From NCBI GenBank assembly GCA_963728565.1, contig CAVSLC010000025.1, forward strand, positions 64,001 through 128,000: a stretch of DNA of 64,000 nucleotides, given 5' to 3'. The notes beneath the pieces are model-generated. The model was not told the DNA's origin. It saw only the letters and a program-made list of their open reading frames with translations, and searched no databases. Position 1 is the first letter of the stretch. The number at the start of each line of letters is the position of its first letter. Both the position numbers and the translations under genes were made by a program. The stretch is from an uncultured delta proteobacterium. Its GTDB lineage: Bacteria > Desulfobacterota > Binatia > UBA9968. Below are positions 54,338 through 64,000 of this stretch, piece after piece.

Positions 54338-55132
54338 CTAGGCCGCACTGACCCATTTGTTCACATCCACCTCCCAGCCTTTGGTCTGCGACAAATCCAG
54401 CGCGTTGCCTTCCGGATCGCGGAATCGGACTTCGGCGTAGGGTCGGGTCGATGGGCGAGGCGCGATGTTCAACACTTTGCGCAATTCGGCTAAGGTCGCC
54501 TCCATCGTATTGGTGAGAAACCCGATATGATTGATGCCGAATTTCGCCTCATGGCCTTCGATGGGGTTGTAGAACGGGTGTATCGCCAGATTGGTCTGGC
54601 CGTCGCCGCAAAACCGATTTCCCCGGCCTTGCTGCCGCCGCTGGTAGCTGGACGGCACCTCGCGCATGCCGAACACTTGAGTGTAGAAGCGCAGCATCAT
54701 CTCCGGATCCAAAGCGTTGTAGGCGATATGACGGACCCGGGGGAACTGCTTTTCTTTTTCAGCCGGCACGCCGAATTGCCGGGTCGACAAGCTAACCGGA
54801 AAACATTCGGGGTCGTGAATTCTGATCTCGCCGTGATGAATATCGTCGGGCTCCTGGAGGATCATGCCGCGCGGATTCAGAGCTAGAAACCGTCCTTTAC
54901 TTTCTTCCAGATCATCGACTGCCAAACCGATATGATGCAGGCCGCACTCCATTTTCATTTCGTTTAATTGAGCGCGCCTTTTGAAAAACGTCAGATTGTA
55001 GAATCCATCGGTGATCGAGATGTCGCCTTCGCCTGAGCGGCCCAGTTCTTCGGTGCCGAGAAAGCGACGATAGAAGTCGCTTGTCTTTTCCGGATCATCG
55101 CTGAGAAAAGCGATGTAGCGAAGAACCGCCAT
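54338..55132 (-). CDS. Two-domain VOC family protein
   Basis: GLHHIGL, GINHIGF and RDPEGN motifs; GGAGG RBS. Confidence 0.85.
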   Translation of the reverse strand: MAVLRYIAFLSDDPEKTSDFYRRFLGTEELGRSGEGDISITDGFYNLTFFKRRAQLNEMKMECGLHHIGLAVDDLEESKGRFLALNPRGMILQEPDDIHHGEIRIHDPECFPVSLSTRQFGVPAEKEKQFPRVRHIAYNALDPEMMLRFYTQVFGMREVPSSYQRRQQGRGNRFCGDGQTNLAIHPFYNPIEGHEAKFGINHIGFLTNTMEATLAELRKVLNIAPRPSTRPYAEVRFRDPEGNALDLSQTKGWEVDVNKWVSAA

Positions 55133-55244
55133 AAATGAATCCTCCTGGAAGATGAAATAGCGAGTCAGGGAGAAATGCCGGGAATCAGAAAATAGATTCG
55201 AGCGTTTTTGCCATAACTCCAGCTCTCCATCACTGCAACTTTCT

Positions 55245-56342
55245 CTAATCCCGTATATTCTGCGTGAACCATTCCAGCGGCAGCGGATGTCCAAGACCTT
55301 TAGCGCGCGCCAGATTGTAAGCCGTGCCGCCGACGGCGGCGAACTGCAGGCCTTGCGTGCCCTGATTGTTTAGAAACGTGATCTGTTGATCATTGGCGCG
55401 GCCGATCCAACGGCCGGCCATGACATCGGGCACGGTGCCGATCCCCGGGTTGTCGATTTCGTAATGCGGCGCCGAGGGAATCTTCTTTTTCTCCTCGGCG
55501 TTGCCGGCGATGTAACCGAACATGCCGTCGCTGCCGGTGGTTACTTCCGGAGCGTTGCGGTCGGCGAACAGAGTGGATGTGCCGAGGCGGGCGATCACGT
55601 CGGCCCGCTTTAGAACGTCAGGACCGGCTTCGTTATTGCGCACATTATTGATATGCATTCCGGGCTCGAGCCAGTCGGCCTTGATCACCGGAACCAGCGA
55701 GTCGGTGGTCAGCGCAACCACGTCGGCGCCTTTAAGCGCTTTTTCCGGCGAGTCAACGGCGATCACTTCCATGTCCAGCTTCTCGGTCATCTCAGCGGCA
55801 TAAGCTTCGCGGTTGGCTTTGGTCGGGCTGAATACGCGCATGACTTCGATGGGTTTGACGTGTTTGATCGCTTCGGCATAGGTGCGCGCCATGCCGCCGG
55901 AGCCGATCATCGCCAAGACTTTCGAGTTCTGCCGCGCCAGGTATTTGGTTCCCAGCCCGGCGCAGGCGCCGACCCGCATATGCTGCAGGTAACCGTCGTT
56001 GATGATCGCCAGGGGCTCGCCGTTGCGTGTGCTGGTGAGAAATATCAGGCCGCAATAGGTTCCGCGCTCGATGCAGTATTTGTCCTCGACGATGAAGCCG
56101 TCTTTGTTTTCCCACGCCAGCATGTCCGATTTCATGCGGATGGCGAAGACGCCAAGCTTGCGCGATGCGCCTTCCATGGTTCCCCAACGATAGTAGTGAG
56201 GTTCTTGCGGAACATAGAAATCGATCCGCGGCCGGTAACCGGCGCGCAATTGATTAAGCTCGTGGTATGCCTCCTCCATCGCTTGAATGCAGGTGGGCAT
56301 GTCGAGAACCTGCTCAACGTGAGCATTGGTAAGAAAAATCAT
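55245..56342 (-). CDS. Ornithine cyclodeaminase/mu-crystallin family protein
   Basis: MRVGA, IGSGGMA and WLEPGMH motifs; AGGAG RBS before ATG 56342. Confidence 0.88.
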   Translation of the reverse strand: MIFLTNAHVEQVLDMPTCIQAMEEAYHELNQLRAGYRPRIDFYVPQEPHYYRWGTMEGASRKLGVFAIRMKSDMLAWENKDGFIVEDKYCIERGTYCGLIFLTSTRNGEPLAIINDGYLQHMRVGACAGLGTKYLARQNSKVLAMIGSGGMARTYAEAIKHVKPIEVMRVFSPTKANREAYAAEMTEKLDMEVIAVDSPEKALKGADVVALTTDSLVPVIKADWLEPGMHINNVRNNEAGPDVLKRADVIARLGTSTLFADRNAPEVTTGSDGMFGYIAGNAEEKKKIPSAPHYEIDNPGIGTVPDVMAGRWIGRANDQQITFLNNQGTQGLQFAAVGGTAYNLARAKGLGHPLPLEWFTQNIRD

Positions 56343-56355
56343 CGTTCGCTCCTGG

Positions 56356-56478
56356 CAGGCTGCTGAAAAAGCCTCATATGCTTCGTTGCGCTTGCCCACT
56401 TGCTTCAACGTACTGAAGCGTACGCCTCAGCTCATCGAACTTCGCGCGCCTTGCCTCTGAGGCTTTTTGACCAGCCTG
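56356..56478. mobile_element. MITE/REP-like element with 21-bp terminal inverted repeats
   Basis: CAGGCTGCTGAAAAAGCCTCA ... TGAGGCTTTTTGACCAGCCTG (19/21 match); no transposase inside. Confidence 0.7.
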
Positions 56479-56592
56479 GATACAGACTATTAAGCAAACT
56501 GCTAGTGATCGAAACCACATGATCGGTGGTAGTCTCGTGTGGACTTTGGTATAGCCTGTCAAAGAGTCACTGTAAAGCCGATCGGGGGGGGC

Positions 56593-57588
56593 ATGAAGGC
56601 AATTGCAAAAGCGTTGATCGTTTTGATGTGCGTGATCGGATTCGTTGCCAACGCGGCCGCCCAGGAAAAATTCCGCGCCGCCAGCGGCGGTTTTTCGACT
56701 GCGATCCATTCGCTGCTGTGGCTCGCTTACGAGAAGAAAATTTTTCAGAAATATGGCCTCGACGGCGAGTACCTGGCGTTGGAGAGCGGCACGCCGGCGA
56801 TGCAGGCGTTGTTAGCTAACGAACTGCAAATCGTTTTTACCACCGGAGCTCTGGCGATCACCGCCAATCTGCAGGGAGCCGATGCGACGATTATCGCCGG
56901 CGGCATCAACTTCATTCCCAACAAGCTGCTAGTTCGTCCAGACATAAAAACGCCGGAAGGTTTGAAAGGCAAACGAATTGCCATCAGCCGCTTCGGTTCG
57001 GCATCGGATTACGCAACTCAAGTGGCGTTGGAAAAACTCGGCATCAATCCCAAGGACGTGACCATCGTCCAGACCGGCGGCAATATGACGCGGCTGGCGG
57101 CTTTGAGCCAGGGGACCGTGCACGCGACCTTGTTAAGCGAACCGCACACCACAGTCGGGATGAGAGAATTCAAGCTAAATTCGCTGATCGATCTGGCCGA
57201 GAGCGGTGTGGCATTCCCGCAGAATTGCTTTATCGTAAAGCGCAGCTACTTCGAGGCCAACCGTCCGAAGATCGTCAACGCCATGAAAGCGATCATCGAG
57301 AGTTACTTCGTTTTGCGCAAGGACAAAGCGCTGGCCGTGTCCTTGATGAAGAAATACAACCGCGTCAGCGATGAGGATGCCAGTCTCGGCTACGACTACT
57401 ACCTGGCCAAATACGGTGATGGCGTGATGGTGTTGCCCGACCGCAAGGGCCTGGAATTTATCATTTCCCAGGTGGCCGCCACCAACCCCAAAGCCAAGGG
57501 GCAGACGCCGGAGAGCCTGAGGCTCCTGGACGGCAGTGTCTTGGAAGAAATCAAGAAAAGCGGATTCATCGACAAATTTAAAAAATAG
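56593..57588 (+). CDS. ABC-type substrate-binding protein, NMT1/SsuA-like
   Basis: Signal peptide, IFQKYGLD and LKGKRIAISRFGS motifs. Confidence 0.88.
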   Translation: MKAIAKALIVLMCVIGFVANAAAQEKFRAASGGFSTAIHSLLWLAYEKKIFQKYGLDGEYLALESGTPAMQALLANELQIVFTTGALAITANLQGADATIIAGGINFIPNKLLVRPDIKTPEGLKGKRIAISRFGSASDYATQVALEKLGINPKDVTIVQTGGNMTRLAALSQGTVHATLLSEPHTTVGMREFKLNSLIDLAESGVAFPQNCFIVKRSYFEANRPKIVNAMKAIIESYFVLRKDKALAVSLMKKYNRVSDEDASLGYDYYLAKYGDGVMVLPDRKGLEFIISQVAATNPKAKGQTPESLRLLDGSVLEEIKKSGFIDKFKK

Positions 57589-57709
57589 CCCAGTAGCTCG
57601 GATAATCTGCCGAAGATGTTGATGTCCAAGCCGCGCGATCGTTCTTGCGATTTGAACGGCTTGAACTACTTGGAACGATTTGAAACAAATTATTCAGGGG
57701 AGTGAAATC

Positions 57710-58800
57710 ATGGCTGGTGTGATCGACGCAGATACCCATATCGCCGAGTCGGAAGCGATGTGGGAATTTATCGATCGAGAGATGTATCCGCGCAGGCCGA
57801 TCTGGCAAAGATTCCCGATGACACCTGGTACAAAGATCGAAATGCGTTTTGGCTGATTGATGGCGAGATCTTTCCCAAGCCGGCGGGCAAGGGCAGCTTT
57901 AGTTTGATCACGCCTTCGGCGGCCAAGAGAGAAGCCGGAAGGGGAGACATTCACCTGGCCGTCCGAGAATTGACCGATCCCATCGCGCGCCTGAAGGATA
58001 TGGACAGAATCGCTGTGGAAGTACAGGTGATCTATCCGACACTTTTTCTGGTGTATCTCACTGACGATCCGCAGTTGGAGATAGCTCTGTGCCGCGCCTA
58101 CAATCGCTTTGTCGCCGATGCTTGCGCTAAAGCCCCGGAACGGCTCAAGTGGGTGTCGATTCTGCCGTTACGCGCGGTCGATTCGGCGTTGAAAGAAATG
58201 ACTTGGGCGAAGGAGCATGGCGCGGTCGGTATATTCTTTCGTGGCATGGAAGGCGATCTCACGCTCGATAACCCTTATTTCTTTTCTATCTACGCCCAGG
58301 CGGAGCAGCTCGATCTGCCGATCTGTATTCACACCGGTTCAGGCAGCCGCTACTTGATGCAGCTCTTCGATATCGAACGCAATCACACCTTCGCGCATAA
58401 TCGCGTGCTGCCGGTTTTTGCCTTCCGTGATCTGGTGCACAATCGGATTCCGGAAAAGTTTCCGAGCTTGCGTTTCGGTTTCATCGAAGCTGCCGCCAGT
58501 TGGGTGCCCTACATCTGGCATGTGTTGCGGCGGCAGCAAAGCAATTGGAGATTCAGCGATCCGCAGGAGCTCTTTCGTGAGTATCGCTTCTGGGTAGCCT
58601 GCGAGGCCGATGAAGAGTTGCCGCACCTGGTGCGGTTTCTCGGCGAGGATAAGTTGATTATTGGGTCCGATTACGGCCATAACGATCCTTCCAAGGAGCC
58701 GCAGTTTGTCGCCAATCTGCGCGGTCGCGAGGATGTGCCGAGCGCTTTAGTCGAGAAGATCCTGTGCCAGAATCCCCGAACCTTCTATGGCTTAGGATGA
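57710..58800 (+). CDS. Amidohydrolase family protein, frameshifted near 57800
   Basis: The N-terminus MAGVIDADTH is in a different frame from ORF 57760-58800 (IYPT, AYN, FIEAAASW, GSDYGH). Confidence 0.88.
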
Positions 58801-58975
58801 GATCGAAATTGCTCGGAGGCGCGCGCTTACAATGTATCCCGCCACGTAGATGCGTTCGGCTCGAGGAGCATGACCATAAATCGGACGGTTTTTGCGAATA
58901 TACTTGCTGATCAGGAGGAAATTCTGTATTTGAAAGCGCATCAATGACTGGCACATGACGTTGGGCCAAAACTAA

Positions 58976-60538
58976 ATGACAAATCCTAGCCAAGAGTACA
59001 CGATTCTGAATGTCGACGATCACGACGCAGGCCGGTACGCCAAGAGCCGCATACTTCAGTTGGCCGGGTACCGGGTTGTTGAGGCTGCTACCGGGGCGGA
59101 TGCCTTGCGGCTGATCCGAGAAGCAAAGCCACAGCTGATTTTACTCGATGTCAAGTTGCCGGACGTAGATGGCACCCAACTGTGCCGCACGATCAAGAGC
59201 GATCCACTGAGCGCGCATGTCATGGTACTGCAAATCTCGGCAGTGCACACGACGCGGGCTGACCGAATTCACGGCTTGGAATGCGGCGCAGACACTTATC
59301 TCATTGAGCCGGTTCAGGCGGACGAGCTCTTGGCTACGGTCAACGCGCTATTGCGTCTCTATGATCGAGAGCGGGAAAATCGTCAGCTGGTGGCACAGTT
59401 GCGCAATGCAGATCGTCAGAAGGATGATTTTCTAGCTGCGCTAGCGCACGAACTGCGAAATCCTCTTGGGGTTGTCAGTAATGCGTTTGATATTCTCCCC
59501 GAAACGCAAACGCCGGAGCCGGTGTCTCAGGAACTTCGCGACATCATCGGCCGGCAGATCGGCCTCATGAGCCGTTTGGTTGATGACTTGCTCGATGTCT
59601 CACGTATTGCTCGCGGCCAGATCGGACTTGCCCGCGAGCCCTGCGACTTCGCTGCTATCGCGCGGCAAACGGTGGACGACTATCGAGCGATTTTGGAGTC
59701 AAACGGTTTGGAGCTAACACTGGAGATGCCGAGCCACCCTGTGTGGGTCGTAGGTGATTGCACCCGACTGGCGCAATCGATCAGCAATCTCCTGCAAAAC
59801 GCCGGCAAGTTTACCAGCGCCGGGGATACGGTGACGGTAAAGCTAGTCGACAATCCAGACGAGCATTGCGCGGTTCTGAGCGTCCGTGACACCGGCATCG
59901 GTATGGAATCGGATTTCCTGGCGCGTATTTTCGAGCCGTTCAGTCAGTTTGATCCAGGTGTGGGACGCAAAGGCGGGCTTGGAATCGGTTTGTCGCTGGT
60001 CAAAGGATTGATCGAACTGCATGGTGGAGAAGTGCATGCCAGAAGTGAAGGTCCCGGGCACGGTTCAGAAATTACTATCCGCCTGCCAACCCAGAAGTTT
60101 GCCGATAGCCGCGACCCAGCTCCCAAATCGACTATAGCCGATGCTGATGCGCTGGCCTGTTACCGTATTCTGGTGATCGACGATAATTCGTTGGCAGCTC
60201 GTACGTTGCAGATCTTTTTGGCAGACAAAGGACATCAGGTTGAGCTCGCGGTCACAGGCCCGCAAGGCTTAGAAAAGGCACGGCAGTGTTTGCCGCAGGT
60301 AGTCCTCTGTGACATCGGCCTGCCCGGACTCGATGGCTACTCAGTAGCCCGGCGGCTACGGCAGGAACTGGGTTCGAATAAAATGTTCTTGATCGCGGTC
60401 TCGGGTTATGGGCAAGAGGAAGATCAGGAACGCGCCAAGAGCGCCGGCTTCGACGCCTATCTGGTAAAGCCGATTAGTTTGAAAGACCTGGAAAAACTAC
60501 TCGCGGAGCTCAATGGACGTTATAAACCGGAGCCATGA
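58976..60538 (+). CDS. Hybrid sensor kinase (REC-HisKA-HATPase-REC)
   Basis: [37 protein letters not shown] and CDIGLP motifs. Confidence 0.93.
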   Translation: MTNPSQEYTILNVDDHDAGRYAKSRILQLAGYRVVEAATGADALRLIREAKPQLILLDVKLPDVDGTQLCRTIKSDPLSAHVMVLQISAVHTTRADRIHGLECGADTYLIEPVQADELLATVNALLRLYDRERENRQLVAQLRNADRQKDDFLAALAHELRNPLGVVSNAFDILPETQTPEPVSQELRDIIGRQIGLMSRLVDDLLDVSRIARGQIGLAREPCDFAAIARQTVDDYRAILESNGLELTLEMPSHPVWVVGDCTRLAQSISNLLQNAGKFTSAGDTVTVKLVDNPDEHCAVLSVRDTGIGMESDFLARIFEPFSQFDPGVGRKGGLGIGLSLVKGLIELHGGEVHARSEGPGHGSEITIRLPTQKFADSRDPAPKSTIADADALACYRILVIDDNSLAARTLQIFLADKGHQVELAVTGPQGLEKARQCLPQVVLCDIGLPGLDGYSVARRLRQELGSNKMFLIAVSGYGQEEDQERAKSAGFDAYLVKPISLKDLEKLLAELNGRYKPEP

Positions 60539-60577
60539 TTACGTGTTTACAGCGGCTTTCCTATAGAGATTTGGGCA

Positions 60578-62201
60578 TTATTGTTTTGTAGAGGCAAGCC
60601 TGCGAGCCAGCCTTCCCAGCCTTTTCTGTTTGCGTGTGGTTGTGTTTTCTATGGCTTCACCCCAGCGAAAAAGAAATGCGGTTACGAAGGCGTGTTCGCT
60701 GGTTGACTCTACAGCCAGCGGCGCTAGGGCCATCGCCACCGCCAGCGCGATGTGATAGCCGACCGAACGCGAGGCCAATGCTCGACGATAAGCCGGGTGA
60801 GCGCGGTTAACCCAAACCGTCGATTCCATCAAGTGGGCAAGCTCCAGCGCCTCCGGTTGGTCTTCAAACTGAATATCAAGCCCGTAATGTCCGGCCCGCC
60901 GGACAGCGGCTTGCGCCGGCAGCAGCAAGCCATAACCCGGGGCCGCAACGGAATCAGTCGCCGAAGTATCGCTACGACTTTTGTCGCCGTGTTGGCCTTG
61001 CGGCGATGACGTCGGCTCACGTTGATCGGCAAAAGCTTCCGACTGTTCGGCTATCGATGCTGCCACAAAGGCGCGCGACTCAGTGGCATTGGATGCTTGT
61101 CCAAAAGGCAATCTTTTCTGTCCACCCGAGCGTTGTTCTACCAACGACGCAAGCAGAGGAAAGTCGATGGCAAGGTCTTCGAGCAGGTGGGCCAAGTCGC
61201 GTTGTAGAGGGCGAACTTCTCGTGGTGGCGCCTCATCCATGGATGCGCGGCCATCTCCCCAGGCTGCGAGTTGCCGGGAAACGGCTTCCTGAATCGCCTT
61301 TCGAAAGACAAGATAGCTGGCGCCGCGCGTGCCAGTGCGAATGAAATCGCCTTTGTTCAAGGTCAGGCAAGCTGCCAATGCCGGCACTTCGATAAGTCCG
61401 CCGATCCGCTCCGGAGACATTGGCGTCATGCCCAGCCAATCCCAGCCGCGCCGAATCACTTTGCCATAGGTGCTGATGGCTAAGCCCCGAATCTCCTCCG
61501 GAAGCGAATTCTCGTCGCCGAACTAAATAACCGAGCGCAGAAGGCTTACGCTTGCGTGATAACCGAATCGCCAACGGGGCACACAAGGGAGCAGCCCAGA
61601 CATGCCTTTCTAACTGCTCACCGTTGATAGAGATCGCGACGCCGTTGGGATAATGTCCGGCAAGAAACTGGTCAAAGCTGGGGTCGAGCAAAGGTTGGAA
61701 ATGCCGGCGCAAAGCACCTTCGAGGAAGCCAGGATCGAGTAGAGGAGATAACGTATTCTGAAGTTTCAGGCGAACCGCAGTGCCGCGTTCAGAGACAAGA
61801 CCGGCGGGCGGCACCCATTTCCAAGGCGCCCGATGCCGCGAAGCCATGTGCCAGGAAGTCGCAACGTGGCTTTTCCCGCGGCGGGTCTCGGTAAAAACTT
61901 CGCTGCAAACCAGCAAGCCGAGTTTTATTCCGACTCCGGCAAATCCAATCCCTTGGCCTCGGGTCTTTGTGCTCGCGGCGATATCGTGATAGCGCGCCAG
62001 CTCACGCCGTTGCATACCGCAGCCGTTATCGACGGTGATTAACGTGCTTTGGGTCGGGTCGCATTCAAAAGTTATTCGGGTTGCGCCTGAATCCAGCGCA
62101 TTGGCCATAATCTCGGTGAGAATGGTTTCCTCGATAGAGCCTGGATACGCATCCCGTAAGTCTTCGAGGAGGTGCTGTAGATCGACGCGAGTTTCACCCA
62201 T
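60578..62201 (-). CDS. GHKL (HSP90/MORC/MutL-like) ATPase protein, frameshifted near 61500
   Basis: EIMANALD, DNGCGM, GFAGVGIK and GTAVRL; continues in ORF 60578-61459 (LTLNKGDF, VWVNRAHPAY). Confidence 0.8.
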
Positions 62202-62534
62202 GAGAGATTTTGTCGTTCTTTATCTTTAGCCTGCCACCGATATGGATCATTTATCGTCATTGAAGGGGGTAAATCAATCGTCGGCACGTTAGGTTGCTGA
62301 ACTCTTCCGGAGTCTTTCGACGGGTTCAGACGACCGGAGCAGGTTTTGAAGTGACTGAAACGATTCCGTTCATGCGGAGGTTCTTGAAGCGCAAGATTTT
62401 TCTTCAGCAGTGTGCTCCAGAGATTGATTCCTGCACACCTGCGAGAGCGAAGCGGTGTTGCAGGATTTTTGAAAAAGATAGATTTATGGATTGCTTGATC
62501 GCAAAACACTCTCTTCGCAGATCCGGAGGTTGTT

Positions 62535-63833
62535 GTGCCTGAACCTGCTATTACGTGCCCGCAGTGCAACATCGAAATTAAGCTGACGGAGTCGCTGGCG
62601 GCGCCGCTGATTGAAGCGACTCGCCGTGAATTTGAGATCCGGCTGGCGCAAAAGGATGCCGGTATTGCCAAAAAAGAAGCGATGCTGCGCGATCGCGAAG
62701 CGGCTATCGCTCGGGCCCGAGAGCAAATCGATCAAGAGCTAGCTGCTAAGTTGCTTCAGGAGCGGGGCAAGATTGCCGCCGAAGAAGCGCGCAAGGCAAA
62801 ACTGTCGTTGGCCACGGATCTGGAGCAAAAAGCCAAAGCGATTGCCGAACTGCAAGAGGTCCTGAAGGAGCGAGAGCTCAAGCTTGCCGAAGCGCAAAAG
62901 TCTCAAGCGGAAGTGCTGAGAAAACAGCGTGAGCTGGATGATCTGAAACGGGAAGCGGAGCTGACTATTGAAAAGCGGGTGCAGGAGTCGCTCGCCGCGA
63001 CCCGGGAGCAGGCTCGCAAAGAGACCGAAGAAGAGCTCAAGTTCAAAGTCCTCGAAAAGGAGCAAACAATCAGCTCTATGCAGCGCCAGATCGAAGAACT
63101 CAAGCGCCGCGCCGAGCAAGGTTCTCAGCAGTTGCAGGGCGAGGTGCAGGAGCTCGAGCTGGAGAACTTGTTAAGAACCAAATTTCCACGAGATTCGATC
63201 CAGCCGGTGCCCAAGGGTGAATTCGGCGGCGACGTGCTCCATCGGGTCAACGGAGATCTCGGCCAGTCATGCGGATTTATTCTCTGGGAATGCAAACGGA
63301 CCAAGAATTGGAGCGATGGGTGGCTTGCTAAGCTGCGCGAAGATCAGCGAGCCGCCAAGGCTGAGATCGCTGTGATTGTCAGCCAGGCATTACCCAAGGA
63401 CGTTGAAACCTTCGAGTTCCTCGAAGGAGTATGGGTGACGCATCCGCGAGCAGCAGTGCCGGTCGCGGTGGTATTGCGCCAGACCCTGCTCGAGGTTGCC
63501 GCGGTTCGCCAGTCATCCGAAGGACAACAAACCAAAATGGAAATGGTCTATCAGTACTTGACCGGGCAGCGGTTTCGCCAGCGGGTGCAAGCCATTGTCG
63601 AAGCTTTTTCATGCATGCGAGAGGATCTCGATCGAGAGAAGAGGGCGATTATTAAGCAATGGGCGAAACGAGAGGAACAAATCGAGCGTGTGATGCAAGC
63701 GACCGTTGGCATGTATGGCGACCTTCAAGCGATTGCGGGTAAGACCTTGCAGGAAATCGAGGGGCTGGAATTCCCGGCGCTGGATCAACCCAATATCGAA
63801 CAGGGCGATCTCTGGGGCCGGGATAAAATCTAA
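62535..63833 (+). CDS. DUF2130 domain-containing protein
   Basis: CPQC zinc ribbon, long coiled coil, GSQQLQGEVQE, FP.D.I.PVPKG..GGD and WECKRTKNWS. Confidence 0.9.
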   Translation: MPEPAITCPQCNIEIKLTESLAAPLIEATRREFEIRLAQKDAGIAKKEAMLRDREAAIARAREQIDQELAAKLLQERGKIAAEEARKAKLSLATDLEQKAKAIAELQEVLKERELKLAEAQKSQAEVLRKQRELDDLKREAELTIEKRVQESLAATREQARKETEEELKFKVLEKEQTISSMQRQIEELKRRAEQGSQQLQGEVQELELENLLRTKFPRDSIQPVPKGEFGGDVLHRVNGDLGQSCGFILWECKRTKNWSDGWLAKLREDQRAAKAEIAVIVSQALPKDVETFEFLEGVWVTHPRAAVPVAVVLRQTLLEVAAVRQSSEGQQTKMEMVYQYLTGQRFRQRVQAIVEAFSCMREDLDREKRAIIKQWAKREEQIERVMQATVGMYGDLQAIAGKTLQEIEGLEFPALDQPNIEQGDLWGRDKI

Positions 63834-64000
63834 CCGGCGGTCTTATTCATCCGTCTGGATAAACGTTTGGTCCGCCGCGGCGCCGGCACGGCAAGAATCG
63901 GGCACGAGGCGCGGCGCAAGACTCTTTCGGTGACGCTTCCGATCAACATGTGGGCAAGCCCCGTGCGCCCGTGAGTGGACATGACGATGATGTCGACACT
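63830..64000 (-). CDS. Universal stress protein, C-terminal part (truncated by window edge)
   Basis: Hand translation: VDIIVMSTHGRTGLAHMLIGSVTERVLRRASCPILAVP. Confidence 0.9.
   Translation of the reverse strand, partial: SVDIIVMSTHGRTGLAHMLIGSVTERVLRRASCPILAVPAPRRTKRLSRRMNKTAG

Overview
GC-rich bacterial window that reads like a long-read metagenome contig. The gene content (orphan NMT1/SsuA-type binding proteins, three amidohydrolases, VOC, SDR, XDH-family and HDO enzymes) resembles Candidatus Binatia/Deltaproteobacteria; this assignment is inference. It carries housekeeping and metabolic genes (msrPQ, mtgA, mutY, recQ, mgtE, a DMSO-reductase-family Mo enzyme with a fused FeS-NrfD subunit, an Fe3+/polyamine-type ABC operon, two hybrid histidine kinases, a Phd/RelE pair, a GHKL ATPase, DUF2130), many broken by single-base frameshifts that look like sequencing error. 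The most notable observations are two. (1) The apparently junk, C-depleted, poly-T/poly-A block at about 32.6-38.87 kb is corrupted coding sequence. Read by hand, it hides a + strand cassette the ORF track misses: HPr-kinase-like protein, radical SAM enzyme (CxxxCxxC with TGC read as TGA), PqqD/RRE protein and NTP_transf_5-type nucleotidyltransferase, downstream of a large secreted BNR-repeat protein. (2) Two genes are split only by an in-frame TGA at a conserved Cys position, making them candidate selenoproteins: a DUF411 protein (UGCC) and an AhpD/CMD protein (CxxU). All protein family calls come from motifs recognised by eye; no database searches were run.
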